A stretch of 64,000 nucleotides of DNA from an uncultured Candidatus Saccharibacteria bacterium (GTDB lineage Bacteria; Patescibacteriota; Minisyncoccia; Phycocordibacterales; DATDWN01). A model generated the notes under the pieces. It saw only the letters and a program-made list of their open reading frames with translations. It had not been told where the DNA came from and did not search any database. Numbering within the stretch: the first letter of the stretch is position 1; each line of letters starts with the position of its first letter. The stretch is taken from contig CAZTQY010000002.1 in NCBI GenBank assembly GCA_964616425.1, positions 2,910 through 66,909 on the forward strand, read 5' to 3'. A program made the position numbers and the translations under genes. Positions 37,294 through 47,631 of the stretch are shown here, in pieces.

Positions 37294-38886
37294 ATGCAAT
37301 ATCTTACATTTATAGCGAGAGTTAAGTCTCTTTTTACAAAGAAACGAGTCATTTGGGGTTTAGTAATAATTTTCCTTATTTTCATTGGATGGTTTTTCTT
37401 TATTAGAAAGCCAAACAATTCTAGTGTGCAAACAGCTCAAGTTGTTAAAAAAGATATAAAAAGAACTGTTCTAACAACCGGTCAAGTTGTGAGTTCAATC
37501 GATCTCAGTTTAAGTTTCCAATCCAGCGGTGTGGTTAGAAGAATCAACGTAAAAGAAGGGGATAACGTATATGCAGGTCAGGTTTTGGCCGTGCTTGATC
37601 AAGGTAATGTATCTGGAAGTCTAGAGAGTGCAAAAGGTGCTCTAGCTCAGGCCAAGGCAAATTATGAGAAAGTTAAGGCTGCTGCAAGTGCCCAAGATAT
37701 AGCTGTCAGTCAGGCGTCTGTTGATTCCGCAACGGTAACTCTGGAGAATGCAAAACAGGATCTGATTAATGAAATTACAAATGCTTATAACAATGCAAAT
37801 ACGGCTATCTTGTCTTATACGAACATTTTGTACTCAAATCCACAGTCAAATTATCCTCAGTTTAGTATTGCTGGCACAGTTCAAACAAATGCTCAAGCAG
37901 TTAGTAATGCCAATAATGATCGTGTAGTTATAAATGGTTTACTAGCATCTTGGCAAGTCAGCGTCTACTCTTTGACAGAAGCAAATATGGAGCAAGTTGC
38001 TACAGAATCACTAAATAATTTGTTGAAAGTTGGAAGTTATTTAAATAATATAATTAATATTTTAACTTCGTACACACAGGTTGCAACTGGTGGAAGTCAA
38101 ACATCTCTTACTACATATCAAACTGGAGTTGCTACTGCAAAAAGTACAGTTGATACATCATACACAGCTATATTGAATGACCTCCAAGCGATAAAAACAG
38201 CTAGTTATGCATTGGCTTCAGCTAAGGCTTCTCTGGCTCTAAAACAATCTCCCGCTAGACCAGAAGATATCAGTATTGCAGAGGCGCAGGTTCAGTCTGC
38301 ACAAGGTCAGTACGATTTGGCTTTATCGGCATTAAATAACACAGTGATCGTCGCGCCAGAAAGTGGAACTATTACACAAGTAGATATAAAACTTGGTGAA
38401 CAGGCCACTGCAATGAAAGAAGTTATAAAACTTCTAAATGTTGGACAGCTACACACAGAGGCGCAGGTTAGTGAGGCTGATATTGCTTCAGTTTTTGTTG
38501 GACAAACGATAGACAACACTTTTGATGCTTTGGGTCCAGATAAACATTTTGAAAGTAAAGTTTTGACAGTAAATCCAGCTGCGACACTCGTCTCTGGTGT
38601 GGTTAACTACAAAATAACAGGAAGTTTGGAAAATATTCCAGAAGTTAGACCTGGTATGACATCCAACATGACTATTCTTGTTGCAGAAAAGAAAGATGTA
38701 TTAGTTGCTCCTTCATCTTCGATAATAAATCAAGATGGTAAGAAATTTGTGAGAATAATCGATGATCCAAAAACAAAAACATATCATCAGGTTGAAGTAA
38801 CTACTGGACTTGAAGCAGATGGTGGGGAAGTTGAGGTGTTATCTGGATTGACTACAGACAATCAAGTTGTGACTTACATTAAATAA
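37294..38886 (+). CDS. MacA/HlyD-like membrane fusion (adaptor) protein
   Basis: VKEGDNVYAGQVL, long alpha-hairpin, IVAPESGTI, RPGMT. Confidence 0.88.
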   Translation: MQYLTFIARVKSLFTKKRVIWGLVIIFLIFIGWFFFIRKPNNSSVQTAQVVKKDIKRTVLTTGQVVSSIDLSLSFQSSGVVRRINVKEGDNVYAGQVLAVLDQGNVSGSLESAKGALAQAKANYEKVKAAASAQDIAVSQASVDSATVTLENAKQDLINEITNAYNNANTAILSYTNILYSNPQSNYPQFSIAGTVQTNAQAVSNANNDRVVINGLLASWQVSVYSLTEANMEQVATESLNNLLKVGSYLNNIINILTSYTQVATGGSQTSLTTYQTGVATAKSTVDTSYTAILNDLQAIKTASYALASAKASLALKQSPARPEDISIAEAQVQSAQGQYDLALSALNNTVIVAPESGTITQVDIKLGEQATAMKEVIKLLNVGQLHTEAQVSEADIASVFVGQTIDNTFDALGPDKHFESKVLTVNPAATLVSGVVNYKITGSLENIPEVRPGMTSNMTILVAEKKDVLVAPSSSIINQDGKKFVRIIDDPKTKTYHQVEVTTGLEADGGEVEVLSGLTTDNQVVTYIK

Positions 38887-38894
38887 AATAAATA

Positions 38895-39611
38895 ATGCCA
38901 ATAATACGTACAGAAAACCTACAAAAAGAATATTTTAATGAAGGGGTTGGTACTCCAGTATTGTTTGGAGTTAACTTTATTATGGAAAAAGGTGAGTTTG
39001 TTGCAATCATGGGCCCTTCAGGTTCAGGAAAATCAACTCTCATGCATATACTAGGCTTTCTAGACAAGGCTACTGCTGGTTTGTATGAGTTTGAAGGACA
39101 GGACACGAGAAACTTTGACAAAGATTATCTAGCGAAACTTAGAAATGAGCGAATAGGTTTCGTCTTCCAATCTTTTAATCTACTTTCTAGAACAACAGTT
39201 TTGGACAACGTTAAACTTCCGCTGATGTATAGCAATAAAACAAACCATGATGACTTGGCTAAAAAAGCTTTGGCTGATGTCGGGCTTTCTCATCGTTTGG
39301 GTTACTATACCAACCAGATTTCTGGTGGAGAAAAACAGAGAGTTGCTATTGCTAGAGCTTTGGTTAACGATCCAGCTGTTATTTTTGCAGATGAACCAAC
39401 TGGAAACTTGGATTCAAAGTCGGGTAATGCCGTGCTGTCTATTCTTCAGGAACTCAACGCAAAAGGTCACACTATTATTTTGGTTACTCATGAGATGGAC
39501 ACCGCCAATCACGCAAAGAGAATTATTCGTGTAAAGGATGGAATGATTGTGGCAGATGAATTGGTAAAGCATAGAACATTTGCTACAGCAGGAAGCGAGT
39601 TGAAGAAATAG
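38895..39611 (+). CDS. MacB/LolD-type ABC ATPase
   Basis: GPSGSGKST, SGGEKQR, ADEPTGNLD. Confidence 0.93.
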   Translation: MPIIRTENLQKEYFNEGVGTPVLFGVNFIMEKGEFVAIMGPSGSGKSTLMHILGFLDKATAGLYEFEGQDTRNFDKDYLAKLRNERIGFVFQSFNLLSRTTVLDNVKLPLMYSNKTNHDDLAKKALADVGLSHRLGYYTNQISGGEKQRVAIARALVNDPAVIFADEPTGNLDSKSGNAVLSILQELNAKGHTIILVTHEMDTANHAKRIIRVKDGMIVADELVKHRTFATAGSELKK

Positions 39612-39625
39612 TTTCTTAAAACAAA

Positions 39626-40897
39626 ATGGGTTTTACATCTACCATAAAAGCAACAGTAAAAAACTTACTGGCCAGAAAGGGTCGAACTTTTTTGACGATG
39701 CTCGGTATCATTATTGGTGTTGCTGGAGTGATAATTATTATCTCACTTGGTGCTGGTGCTCAAAGTTTAGTTTTGGGACAAGTAAATAAACTTGGTTCAA
39801 ACCTGCTAAGTATTCAACCTGGAAAAAGTGATACAAACGGTCCACCAGCCCAAGTGTATGGGGTTATTATAACTTCTCTTATCGAAGATGATGCGATGGC
39901 TCTCCGATCACAAGTGCCCCACGCTTCAGCTGTTAATTCACTCGTAAGAGGTGTTGGAACTGTTACCTGGCAAAATAAAACTATTGATACCAATTTTGTT
40001 GGAACAGACTCTGGTTATTCAGCTGTAGTTGATTTTACAATGAGTGATGGAGCTTTTATGAACCAGTCAGAGGCAGATGGTGGGGCGAACGTGGTAGTTC
40101 TCGGTTCTACTGTTGCAGACTCACTTTTCAAGGGAACTGGTGTAGATCCAATAGGTCAAGTTATAAAAGTAAAAACGTCGACAGCATCCAACTCAGGGAG
40201 TTTGGGTATACCACTTCGTATAGTCGGAGTGGTGAACCCACGAGGTAGTGCATTTTTCCAGGACCAAGATGACCAAATATTTGTTCCTCTTGCTATTGGC
40301 CAAAGTCAGTTGTTAGGAATCCGCTATCTTCAAGTAATAAACATGAAAGTGGATAAGGCAGATAATATTGATCAGACTATAGTTGATGTGACTAGAGTTC
40401 TAAAACAAAGACATCATATCTTAACTGATGATAATATTGATTTTACTGTTAGAAACCAAGCTACAGCTATCGGACTTCTAACAACTATAACAAACGCATT
40501 GAGTTTGTTTCTAACTTCTATGGCCGCTGTATCTCTACTGGTTGGTGGAATTGGTATTTTAAATATAATGTTGGTAACTGTTGCAGAGAGGACAAGAGAG
40601 ATTGGTCTTCGCAAAGCGGTGGGAGCAACAAATAAAAATATTATGAAGCAGTTTTTGATTGAGTCTGGTATTTTAACAGCACTTGGTGGTCTTATTGGTA
40701 TAATAGTCGGTGTCATCATTTCCTATTTAATGTCTGTTTTGATGAACTATCTCGGTTATGACTGGGCATTTGTTATATCTCTTTGGTCGGTCGTTTTAGC
40801 AATCTCAGTGTCGGTTTTGACTGGTGTTATATTCGGACTTTATCCATCATATAAAGCATCAAAGCTTGATCCGATAGATGCTTTAAGATACGAATAA
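39626..40897 (+). CDS. MacB/FtsX-type ABC permease 1
   Basis: LTMLGIIIG, ERTREIGLRKAVGA, ALRYE. Confidence 0.92.
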   Translation: MGFTSTIKATVKNLLARKGRTFLTMLGIIIGVAGVIIIISLGAGAQSLVLGQVNKLGSNLLSIQPGKSDTNGPPAQVYGVIITSLIEDDAMALRSQVPHASAVNSLVRGVGTVTWQNKTIDTNFVGTDSGYSAVVDFTMSDGAFMNQSEADGGANVVVLGSTVADSLFKGTGVDPIGQVIKVKTSTASNSGSLGIPLRIVGVVNPRGSAFFQDQDDQIFVPLAIGQSQLLGIRYLQVINMKVDKADNIDQTIVDVTRVLKQRHHILTDDNIDFTVRNQATAIGLLTTITNALSLFLTSMAAVSLLVGGIGILNIMLVTVAERTREIGLRKAVGATNKNIMKQFLIESGILTALGGLIGIIVGVIISYLMSVLMNYLGYDWAFVISLWSVVLAISVSVLTGVIFGLYPSYKASKLDPIDALRYE

Positions 40898-40898
40898 A

Positions 40899-42143
40899 AT
40901 GATTAAACTACTAAAACAATCCATCAAAGCATTGAGCGCCAACAAGGGCAGAACTTTTTTGACGATGCTTGGTATTATCATTGGTATCGCAACTGTTGTG
41001 TTGGTGCTTTCTGCTGGTGAAGGTTTTAGAAGTCTGATCAACTCACAGGTAGCAACACTTGGAACAAACACTCTTTTCATACAAACACGTGTTCCTCCAA
41101 CAACGAAAAACCGAGCTAGTAACAGTTCGGGTCCTGGAGGTTCTTTTACTGGAGTAACAATAACAAGTTTCAAAGAACGTGATCTAGATAATATTAAAAA
41201 ACTTTCCAACGTAGAGGGTGCATATGGAATTGTGACAGGCCAAATCTCATCAAGTTACAGAAGTAACAAAAAGACAGTTATATATTATGGTGCTGGTGCA
41301 GAGCGATTTAGTATTGATAAAAGTGAACTATCATCTGGAAGATTTTATACAGAGAGTGAGGACAGTGGAGGGGCTCAAGTAGTAATACTCGGTAGCAACG
41401 TTGCTAGTGATTTGTTCGGCCAAGACGAACCTGTTGGAAAACTTTTGCGTCTCGGCAGTTTAAATTTTCTAGTTATTGGTGTTTACAAACCACAGGGGGC
41501 TTTGAGTGGAAACGATGATTTAGTTTTCATGCCATTAACAACCGCTCAGAAAAAAATGTTGGGTGTGGATTACATTTCTGTCGGTATAGTTGCTCTCCGA
41601 GACATTAACCTCAGTGACGCAACAGCAGAAGAAATAAAAGCAGTTATGCGAGATAACCATTCTATAACCAACCCTGACAAAGACGACTTTGATGTGCAAA
41701 CACAGGCTCAAGCGCTAGAAACATTCAATACTATTTTTGGTGGCGTGACTTATCTTCTGGTTGCCATAGCCGCGATATCACTTATCGTTGGGGGAGTTGG
41801 GATTATGAACATTATGTACGTTGTTGTGACAGAGAGAACATCTGAAATAGGTTTGAAAAAAGCTATTGGTGCGCGCGAGTCTGATATTTTGAAAGAATTT
41901 TTGCTCGAAGCTGTTTTGGTCACTGTTTTCGGGGGGATAATAGGTCTTTTGTTCGGATCGTTTCTGGGATTTATAATTTCGGTCATTGCTCAGTCGTTTA
42001 ACCTAGAGTGGACATTTTCTGTACCGCTGTATGCCATTTTCATCGCATTCGGAGTTTCTGGAGCGATCGGTATTTTCTTTGGAGTTTTTCCGGCGAGGTC
42101 TGCCGCCAAGATGGATCCGATTGAAGCACTTCGCTATGAATAG
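40899..42143 (+). CDS. MacB/FtsX-type ABC permease 2
   Basis: Paralog of the preceding gene, same motifs. Confidence 0.92.
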   Translation: MIKLLKQSIKALSANKGRTFLTMLGIIIGIATVVLVLSAGEGFRSLINSQVATLGTNTLFIQTRVPPTTKNRASNSSGPGGSFTGVTITSFKERDLDNIKKLSNVEGAYGIVTGQISSSYRSNKKTVIYYGAGAERFSIDKSELSSGRFYTESEDSGGAQVVILGSNVASDLFGQDEPVGKLLRLGSLNFLVIGVYKPQGALSGNDDLVFMPLTTAQKKMLGVDYISVGIVALRDINLSDATAEEIKAVMRDNHSITNPDKDDFDVQTQAQALETFNTIFGGVTYLLVAIAAISLIVGGVGIMNIMYVVVTERTSEIGLKKAIGARESDILKEFLLEAVLVTVFGGIIGLLFGSFLGFIISVIAQSFNLEWTFSVPLYAIFIAFGVSGAIGIFFGVFPARSAAKMDPIEALRYE

Positions 42144-42272
42144 TTAAAACTTCCAAAACTGGCGAATTTCTATGTTCTCGAATTTGTTTCCTTCACGCGG
42201 AGTACATTTGTACACCTTGGTCGTAAACAAATCCTGCGAACTACGAACTTCACTCAGTTTGTGAAAGTTTAA
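42144..42272 (+). repeat. Long intergenic hairpin element, family A
   Basis: tggcgaa..tcacgcg..gtac-attt-gtac..ttggtc..gaacttca; directly after the stop codon. Confidence 0.72.
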
Positions 42273-42302
42273 TTTGTATTTAATTGTGATATATTCATTA
42301 AT

Positions 42303-42821
42303 ATGAAACTAACTTATGCAGACATAATTTCATCACTTGCACTTATTACAGCAACTGCTGCATTAGTCTGGAATATAATTAGAGATCTAATATTAGATAG
42401 AGTGTCAATTAAGTTAGATATTAAATTTGGAGAAATTGGGAATATTAAAAATTCAATGACTGCATTATTTGTTGAAGCGGGAAGCTTAAAACCAGTTCAC
42501 AAGTTTGATAAGGTTGGAATGCTTGTCAAAATAATAAATACTGGGAGAAGAGAAATTGTTGTAAGTGGTGTGGGTGGAAAATTAATAGATGGTAACGATA
42601 TATCAATGGCTGTTGACGGTCTTCCTAAACTACTAAAACCATATGAAGAATTTTCGAGCCTATCTGAAATTAAAGTTGACTTCAAGGATATGATTATTAA
42701 TAAAAAAATACTTGAGTTGTGGGCAAAAGATACAAAGGGTAAGAAGTGGTTTTTGACAGCTCAATCATGGAAGAATTTAAGCGATAGTGCCGAATATATT
42801 AATCTTAATAAGCATATTTAA
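42303..42821 (+). CDS. Hypothetical N-anchored membrane protein
   Basis: 172-aa AT-rich ORF with one TM. Confidence 0.6.
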   Translation: MKLTYADIISSLALITATAALVWNIIRDLILDRVSIKLDIKFGEIGNIKNSMTALFVEAGSLKPVHKFDKVGMLVKIINTGRREIVVSGVGGKLIDGNDISMAVDGLPKLLKPYEEFSSLSEIKVDFKDMIINKKILELWAKDTKGKKWFLTAQSWKNLSDSAEYINLNKHI

Positions 42822-42915
42822 AATAAATGAAAACCGCGAGATGCGTGAGACTTGCGTCTCGCGATTCTCGCGGTTGGTCCTGACTCTCGTCAGTGTTTTC
42901 GTTGTCGGACGACAA

Positions 42916-44784
42916 CTACTTCGATGGCTTATAAGCCCGTCCAGTGATGCTACCTTCGTGCCGAGCCATGATCTCGGAAGCGCGCTGGTTGTACACCTGC
43001 GCAGTTTCGATATCAATGTTCGTGAAGTAGTGATACCAGGCTTCTTCAACACTGGTCGGAACAACTAAGTCCGACGCGTGCTTTCCAAAGCTGTGATGCC
43101 ACTGCTCCGACGAAATCTCTTTTCCGGCAATCGCTGCAAGCGTGCGAGCCTTCTCGTAGCTCGTGAATACTTCGCTGACTGGCGAACCGAAGTTCAACCA
43201 ATACAGATCAGTTTCCACGAGATCGAGTTGAGACCCGAGCGTCGCAATCGACCACTCAAGAAATTCGATACTCCGCTCACAAGAGTCGGTTGTCTCACCT
43301 GGAGATCCGAAGATCAAGGAATAGTGGAGATGCGTGCCACTCTTTCGAATGTTGCGCACCGCCTCATAGTTCTCCTCAATCCGCGAACCTTTACCCAAAG
43401 AAGACTTTATGACACCTTGTGCGAGGATTCTGCCGTCACCTGAATCCATCCCTACGTTCACCAGAAGTCGGTCACTCACGAGTGAGAGCCAACTATCAAG
43501 GAGTTCGGGTTGGAGGGCGAGGCCTTGAGCACGACCATAGATTGTCAGAGCATCGAATGAAGCTCCAACTTTCTGCAGTCGTTCTACAAGTGGACGCATC
43601 TCATAAGCTGAATCGGTCGTGTTGAAGATCATGCGGATCCCTAACGACTCGTAAGCTTCGAGTGTACGTCTCAAGTAATCCTCAGAAGGAATACGAATAT
43701 CAGCAACTCCTGCAATCGTGCAGTAACTGCAAACATCCGTACCACGGGTGCGGGTGCACCCCTGAGCAAACAGAGCGATGCCATTTCGGACAGCGTCACC
43801 GTTCTGATGTTTGTGACCGAACACCTTTCGGTAATTCGACCATACCTCTTTCCAGTACGAATCCGGGAAAAGATCAAACTTCGGAACGATGAAGACATCT
43901 TCGACATCGAAGGCGCCTTGTCGCTCAAGTTCCTTTAGGTTCTTGAGTTCTGACATAAGCACCTGCTGGACGTTTGATCGTGCCGATCCGCCACTCATCA
44001 CAGCCACTCCAGGAATTTGAAGCCTTGAGAGCTCCACTTTCCCGAATTGACGGAAGAAGTTACGAATCGACGCGAGGCTATTGGAAGTGAAGACCACATC
44101 AATGGGGTGACCTGGCAAACTCAAGATCTCGTTTGCTCGGAAGATTGCTGAATCGTTTCCAGAGATAACTGCCGAAGCTCCAAGTGTCTTGGCCTGCTTA
44201 GCCAACTCAACTCCGCGTTCCACTCCAGTCACAACGAGACCAAGGCCGACGACATCGCCTGGTTGAACGAGTTTCTCAAGATCGCAATGACCTTGAACGA
44301 GCTCGTCCCACAAGACAACATCATAACCTTCCTCGTGTGCAGCCGTCCCAACGTAGAGCATTCCCAAGTGAGGCCATGTTCGGTATTGTCTACCAACCTC
44401 GACATCCCACAAAGTTTGCTCAACATTGATCAGCACGAAGCGCCGACGAGCTTGCTGTGCGACAGCGAAGAACGCTGATGCACAGAAGATTTCGGGCTTG
44501 CGGGTCAGGTCCGAACGAACAACGATCACCGTATGGTGTTTCTCTGGAATATCGTACAGATGAACGAGCTGATATTTCTTGACCGGATCACGTTCTTCCG
44601 CGATGGCAGCTGATAACCAGTTGTCATGCAGGTTTCTGTTTACGAAAACGTGTCTCTCCACATCGTGATGGATGTAAGCCGGATTCCCGAATATTAGTTC
44701 GGGAATCGCTGCTTCACCTGACCAGACCGTCTCTGTTTTGAACAGGGAGGCGATCATGAGAACTGCGATTACAAGTTTGCGCAT
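42916..44784 (-). CDS. Radical SAM enzyme with B12-binding-like domain
   Basis: PHLGMLYVG..GYDVVLWD; QGCTRTRGTDVCSYC; VGMDSGD; IFGSPGET; SD GGAGG; hairpin 42832-42875. Confidence 0.8.
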   Translation of the reverse strand: MRKLVIAVLMIASLFKTETVWSGEAAIPELIFGNPAYIHHDVERHVFVNRNLHDNWLSAAIAEERDPVKKYQLVHLYDIPEKHHTVIVVRSDLTRKPEIFCASAFFAVAQQARRRFVLINVEQTLWDVEVGRQYRTWPHLGMLYVGTAAHEEGYDVVLWDELVQGHCDLEKLVQPGDVVGLGLVVTGVERGVELAKQAKTLGASAVISGNDSAIFRANEILSLPGHPIDVVFTSNSLASIRNFFRQFGKVELSRLQIPGVAVMSGGSARSNVQQVLMSELKNLKELERQGAFDVEDVFIVPKFDLFPDSYWKEVWSNYRKVFGHKHQNGDAVRNGIALFAQGCTRTRGTDVCSYCTIAGVADIRIPSEDYLRRTLEAYESLGIRMIFNTTDSAYEMRPLVERLQKVGASFDALTIYGRAQGLALQPELLDSWLSLVSDRLLVNVGMDSGDGRILAQGVIKSSLGKGSRIEENYEAVRNIRKSGTHLHYSLIFGSPGETTDSCERSIEFLEWSIATLGSQLDLVETDLYWLNFGSPVSEVFTSYEKARTLAAIAGKEISSEQWHHSFGKHASDLVVPTSVEEAWYHYFTNIDIETAQVYNQRASEIMARHEGSITGRAYKPSK

Positions 44785-44832
44785 GACCTGCCTCCAAGAT
44801 ATAGGGGTTTACAAAGAGCTTTTTCATCCAGT

Positions 44833-44861
44833 ATTATACTCTTATTTTAGTATATTGTCAA
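44833..44861 (-). promoter_or_regulatory. Perfect sigma70 promoter for the radical SAM gene
   Basis: TTGACA-17-TATAAT on minus strand. Confidence 0.8.
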
Positions 44862-44922
44862 TGTACTGTTAATAAAAATCAGAATCCTAAACATTTAGAT
44901 ATTTATATGTTAATCTTTCACT

Positions 44923-45807
44923 ATGTCGGAATACACGATACTTTTATTTTATAAATACGTTCATATAGAAAACCCAGAGGAGCTTCGGGATGAGCAGAGG
45001 GCACTTTGTGAAAAGTTGGGTCTAAAAGGGCGAATAATCGTTGCACATGAGGGCATTAACGTTACTGTAGAAGGAACTACAGAAGCCACAAATGAATATT
45101 TAAGGGTCTATCTTGCAGACCCGCGTTTTGCCGACACTCATATAAAGAAAAGCGCGGGAACAGGGAACTCATTTCCAAAACTTTCAGTTAAAGTTCGAAA
45201 AGAAATTGTTTCTCTACATTTGGAAAACGACATCAACCCAAACGAGTTAACTGGGCATCATTTGAAACCAGAAGAACTGAAACAGTGGTATGAATCAGGA
45301 AAGGATTTTGTTGTTATCGATTTCCGAAACGACTATGAGTTTAAAGTTGGTAGATTCAAAAACTCTATCATGCCAACACTACAGAATTTCCGCGACATTC
45401 CAAAAGCTCTAGGTGAGATAGAAGATTTAAAAGATAAAACTGTTTTAACTGTTTGTACTGGAGGTGTGAGGTGTGAAAAAGCTTCAGGACTTTTGAAACG
45501 CGAAGGTTTTAAAGACGTTCACCAGTTGGATGGTGGCATGGTTACATATATGGAAAAGTTTCCTGGTGGGGAGTTCGAGGGATCACTATATGTTTTCGAC
45601 AAACGCATAACAATGACTTTTGATCCGGCAGACAAACACAAAGTGATAGGAAAGTGTGATAAATGCGAAACAGCAAGTGAGAGATATGTAAATTGTAAAT
45701 ATCCTAGATGCAATAAACATTTTATATGTTGCGAAGCTTGCTCTGAGGAGGATGGAAGATCATTCTGTAGTGAGGAATGTCGAGAAAAAGTGATAGTAAC
45801 AGCGTAA
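44923..45807 (+). CDS. trhO: Rhodanese-domain tRNA U34 hydroxylase (TrhO/YceA family)
   Basis: LFYKY, EGIN, RNDYE, CTGGVRCEKAS, VFDKR. Confidence 0.88.
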   Translation: MSEYTILLFYKYVHIENPEELRDEQRALCEKLGLKGRIIVAHEGINVTVEGTTEATNEYLRVYLADPRFADTHIKKSAGTGNSFPKLSVKVRKEIVSLHLENDINPNELTGHHLKPEELKQWYESGKDFVVIDFRNDYEFKVGRFKNSIMPTLQNFRDIPKALGEIEDLKDKTVLTVCTGGVRCEKASGLLKREGFKDVHQLDGGMVTYMEKFPGGEFEGSLYVFDKRITMTFDPADKHKVIGKCDKCETASERYVNCKYPRCNKHFICCEACSEEDGRSFCSEECREKVIVTA

Positions 45808-45809
45808 AA

Positions 45810-47573
45810 ATGCAAAATAAAAATACAATAAAAACATCTTGGGATTTGAGTGTGTTTTACAAGGGTGAAAATGATCCAAAGATAGAGAAGGATATTAAAA
45901 AAGCAGAAAAAGCTATAGCTGACTTCGAAAAGAAGTACCGCAACAAAGACTTTACTTCTACACCAAAGAAGCTACTTGCTGCATTAAAGGATGACCAAGT
46001 CATAAATGATCTAGTATCAAAAGTTAAAGGTCCTTCATATTTTCATTATCGAACAGACTTGAATTCAGATGATTCTGTTGCACAGGCGATGTCTACAAAA
46101 ATTTCAAATAGACTGACATTGTCTATGAACAAGCTAGTATTTTTTGGTATCGCTATTTCAAAAATTCCAACAAAGGAGCATAAAAAGTTTTTGGCTGATA
46201 AAGAACTTGAACCATACAGATATTCACTTAAAAATATTTTTGAAAATGCAAAGCATGTTCTAACAGAAAAGGAGGAGCAGTTGGTTGGGCTACTTTCAAA
46301 TACAAGTTATGGAATGTGGGTGGATGGTCAGGACAAACTACTTTCTCAACAGGTTGTAGACTTTAACGGCAAGAAACTACCTATTGCAGAAGCTATGTCT
46401 GTTGTCTCTTCATTACCAAAAAAAGATAGACACGAACTGTCTGACAAAATAAGTACAACTCTAAAATCTATTAGCCATTTTGCGGAGGCTGAAATAAACG
46501 CTGTATATAACTTTAAAAAAGTTATGGATGAAAGGAGGGGATTCAAACAACCATACGATGGAACTTTTTTGAGTTATCAAAACGATGAAAAAACTATTTT
46601 GCTTTTGGTTGACGTTGTGACAAAAGGTTTCAAGATAAGTCAGCGTTTTTATCGTTTGCATGCAAAACTTTTGAAAGAAAAGAAGTTAGTAGTATCAGAC
46701 CGAAGTGTGAAAATAGGGGAGATTAACAAAAAATTTGATTTTGATGCTGCAGTTTCGCTGGTTGGAGAGGTGTTTGAAAAAGTTGGACCACAGTACAAGA
46801 AAATTTTTGACAAAATATTAGATGGACAGACAGATGTTTTTCCAAAGAAAGGTAAAACTGGAGGAGCATATTGTTCAGGTGGATATAACTCACCTACACT
46901 GGTTTTGCTCAACCACACCGATGATCTACGTTCACTTGAAACTCTAGCACACGAGATGGGCCATGCAGTTCACACAGAACTCGCAAAGTCTCAACCATCT
47001 TGGTATCAGGATTACTCTATGTCTACTGCAGAAGTTGCAAGTACTTTTTTTGAACAAGTTACACTTTCTGAAATTGAAAAACAACTGACTGATGATGAAA
47101 AAGTAATACTTCTTCATAACCAGCTTATGGGTGATGTCTCTACTATATTCAGACAAATAGCTTGTTTCAACTTTGAACTCGAGTTGCACCAGAGAATACG
47201 TGCAGAAGGACAGCTTTCAAAAGAAGATATGGCAAAACTTTTGCGAAAACACCTAGAGTCTTATCTTGGGGAAGCATTTAACGTGACAGATGATGATGGA
47301 TACTATTTTGTAAGCTGGTCACATATACGTAGATTTTTCTACGTTTACACATATGCCTATGGACAGTTAATAAGCCGAGCACTGTTTGAAAATTGGAAGA
47401 AAGATAAAAAGTATGCAGAGAAAATAGAAAAGTTTCTGTCTCTTGGTGGTTCTATGACACCAGAAGAAATATTTAAAAAAGTTGGAATTAATGTAAAAGA
47501 TCCGAAATTCTTTGAATCTGGCTTGAAAAGTATTGAAAAAGATATAGAAAAATTAGAAAAACTAACAAAATAG
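45810..47573 (+). CDS. Oligoendopeptidase F (M3B)
   Basis: WDLS, GKTGGAYC, HEMGH, AEVAS, FYVYTYA. Confidence 0.9.
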   Translation: MQNKNTIKTSWDLSVFYKGENDPKIEKDIKKAEKAIADFEKKYRNKDFTSTPKKLLAALKDDQVINDLVSKVKGPSYFHYRTDLNSDDSVAQAMSTKISNRLTLSMNKLVFFGIAISKIPTKEHKKFLADKELEPYRYSLKNIFENAKHVLTEKEEQLVGLLSNTSYGMWVDGQDKLLSQQVVDFNGKKLPIAEAMSVVSSLPKKDRHELSDKISTTLKSISHFAEAEINAVYNFKKVMDERRGFKQPYDGTFLSYQNDEKTILLLVDVVTKGFKISQRFYRLHAKLLKEKKLVVSDRSVKIGEINKKFDFDAAVSLVGEVFEKVGPQYKKIFDKILDGQTDVFPKKGKTGGAYCSGGYNSPTLVLLNHTDDLRSLETLAHEMGHAVHTELAKSQPSWYQDYSMSTAEVASTFFEQVTLSEIEKQLTDDEKVILLHNQLMGDVSTIFRQIACFNFELELHQRIRAEGQLSKEDMAKLLRKHLESYLGEAFNVTDDDGYYFVSWSHIRRFFYVYTYAYGQLISRALFENWKKDKKYAEKIEKFLSLGGSMTPEEIFKKVGINVKDPKFFESGLKSIEKDIEKLEKLTK

Positions 47574-47631
47574 TTTAAAAATTATTTTGTTATGTTATAC
47601 TAGAATTAAATAAAATTATTTAATTCTGGTA

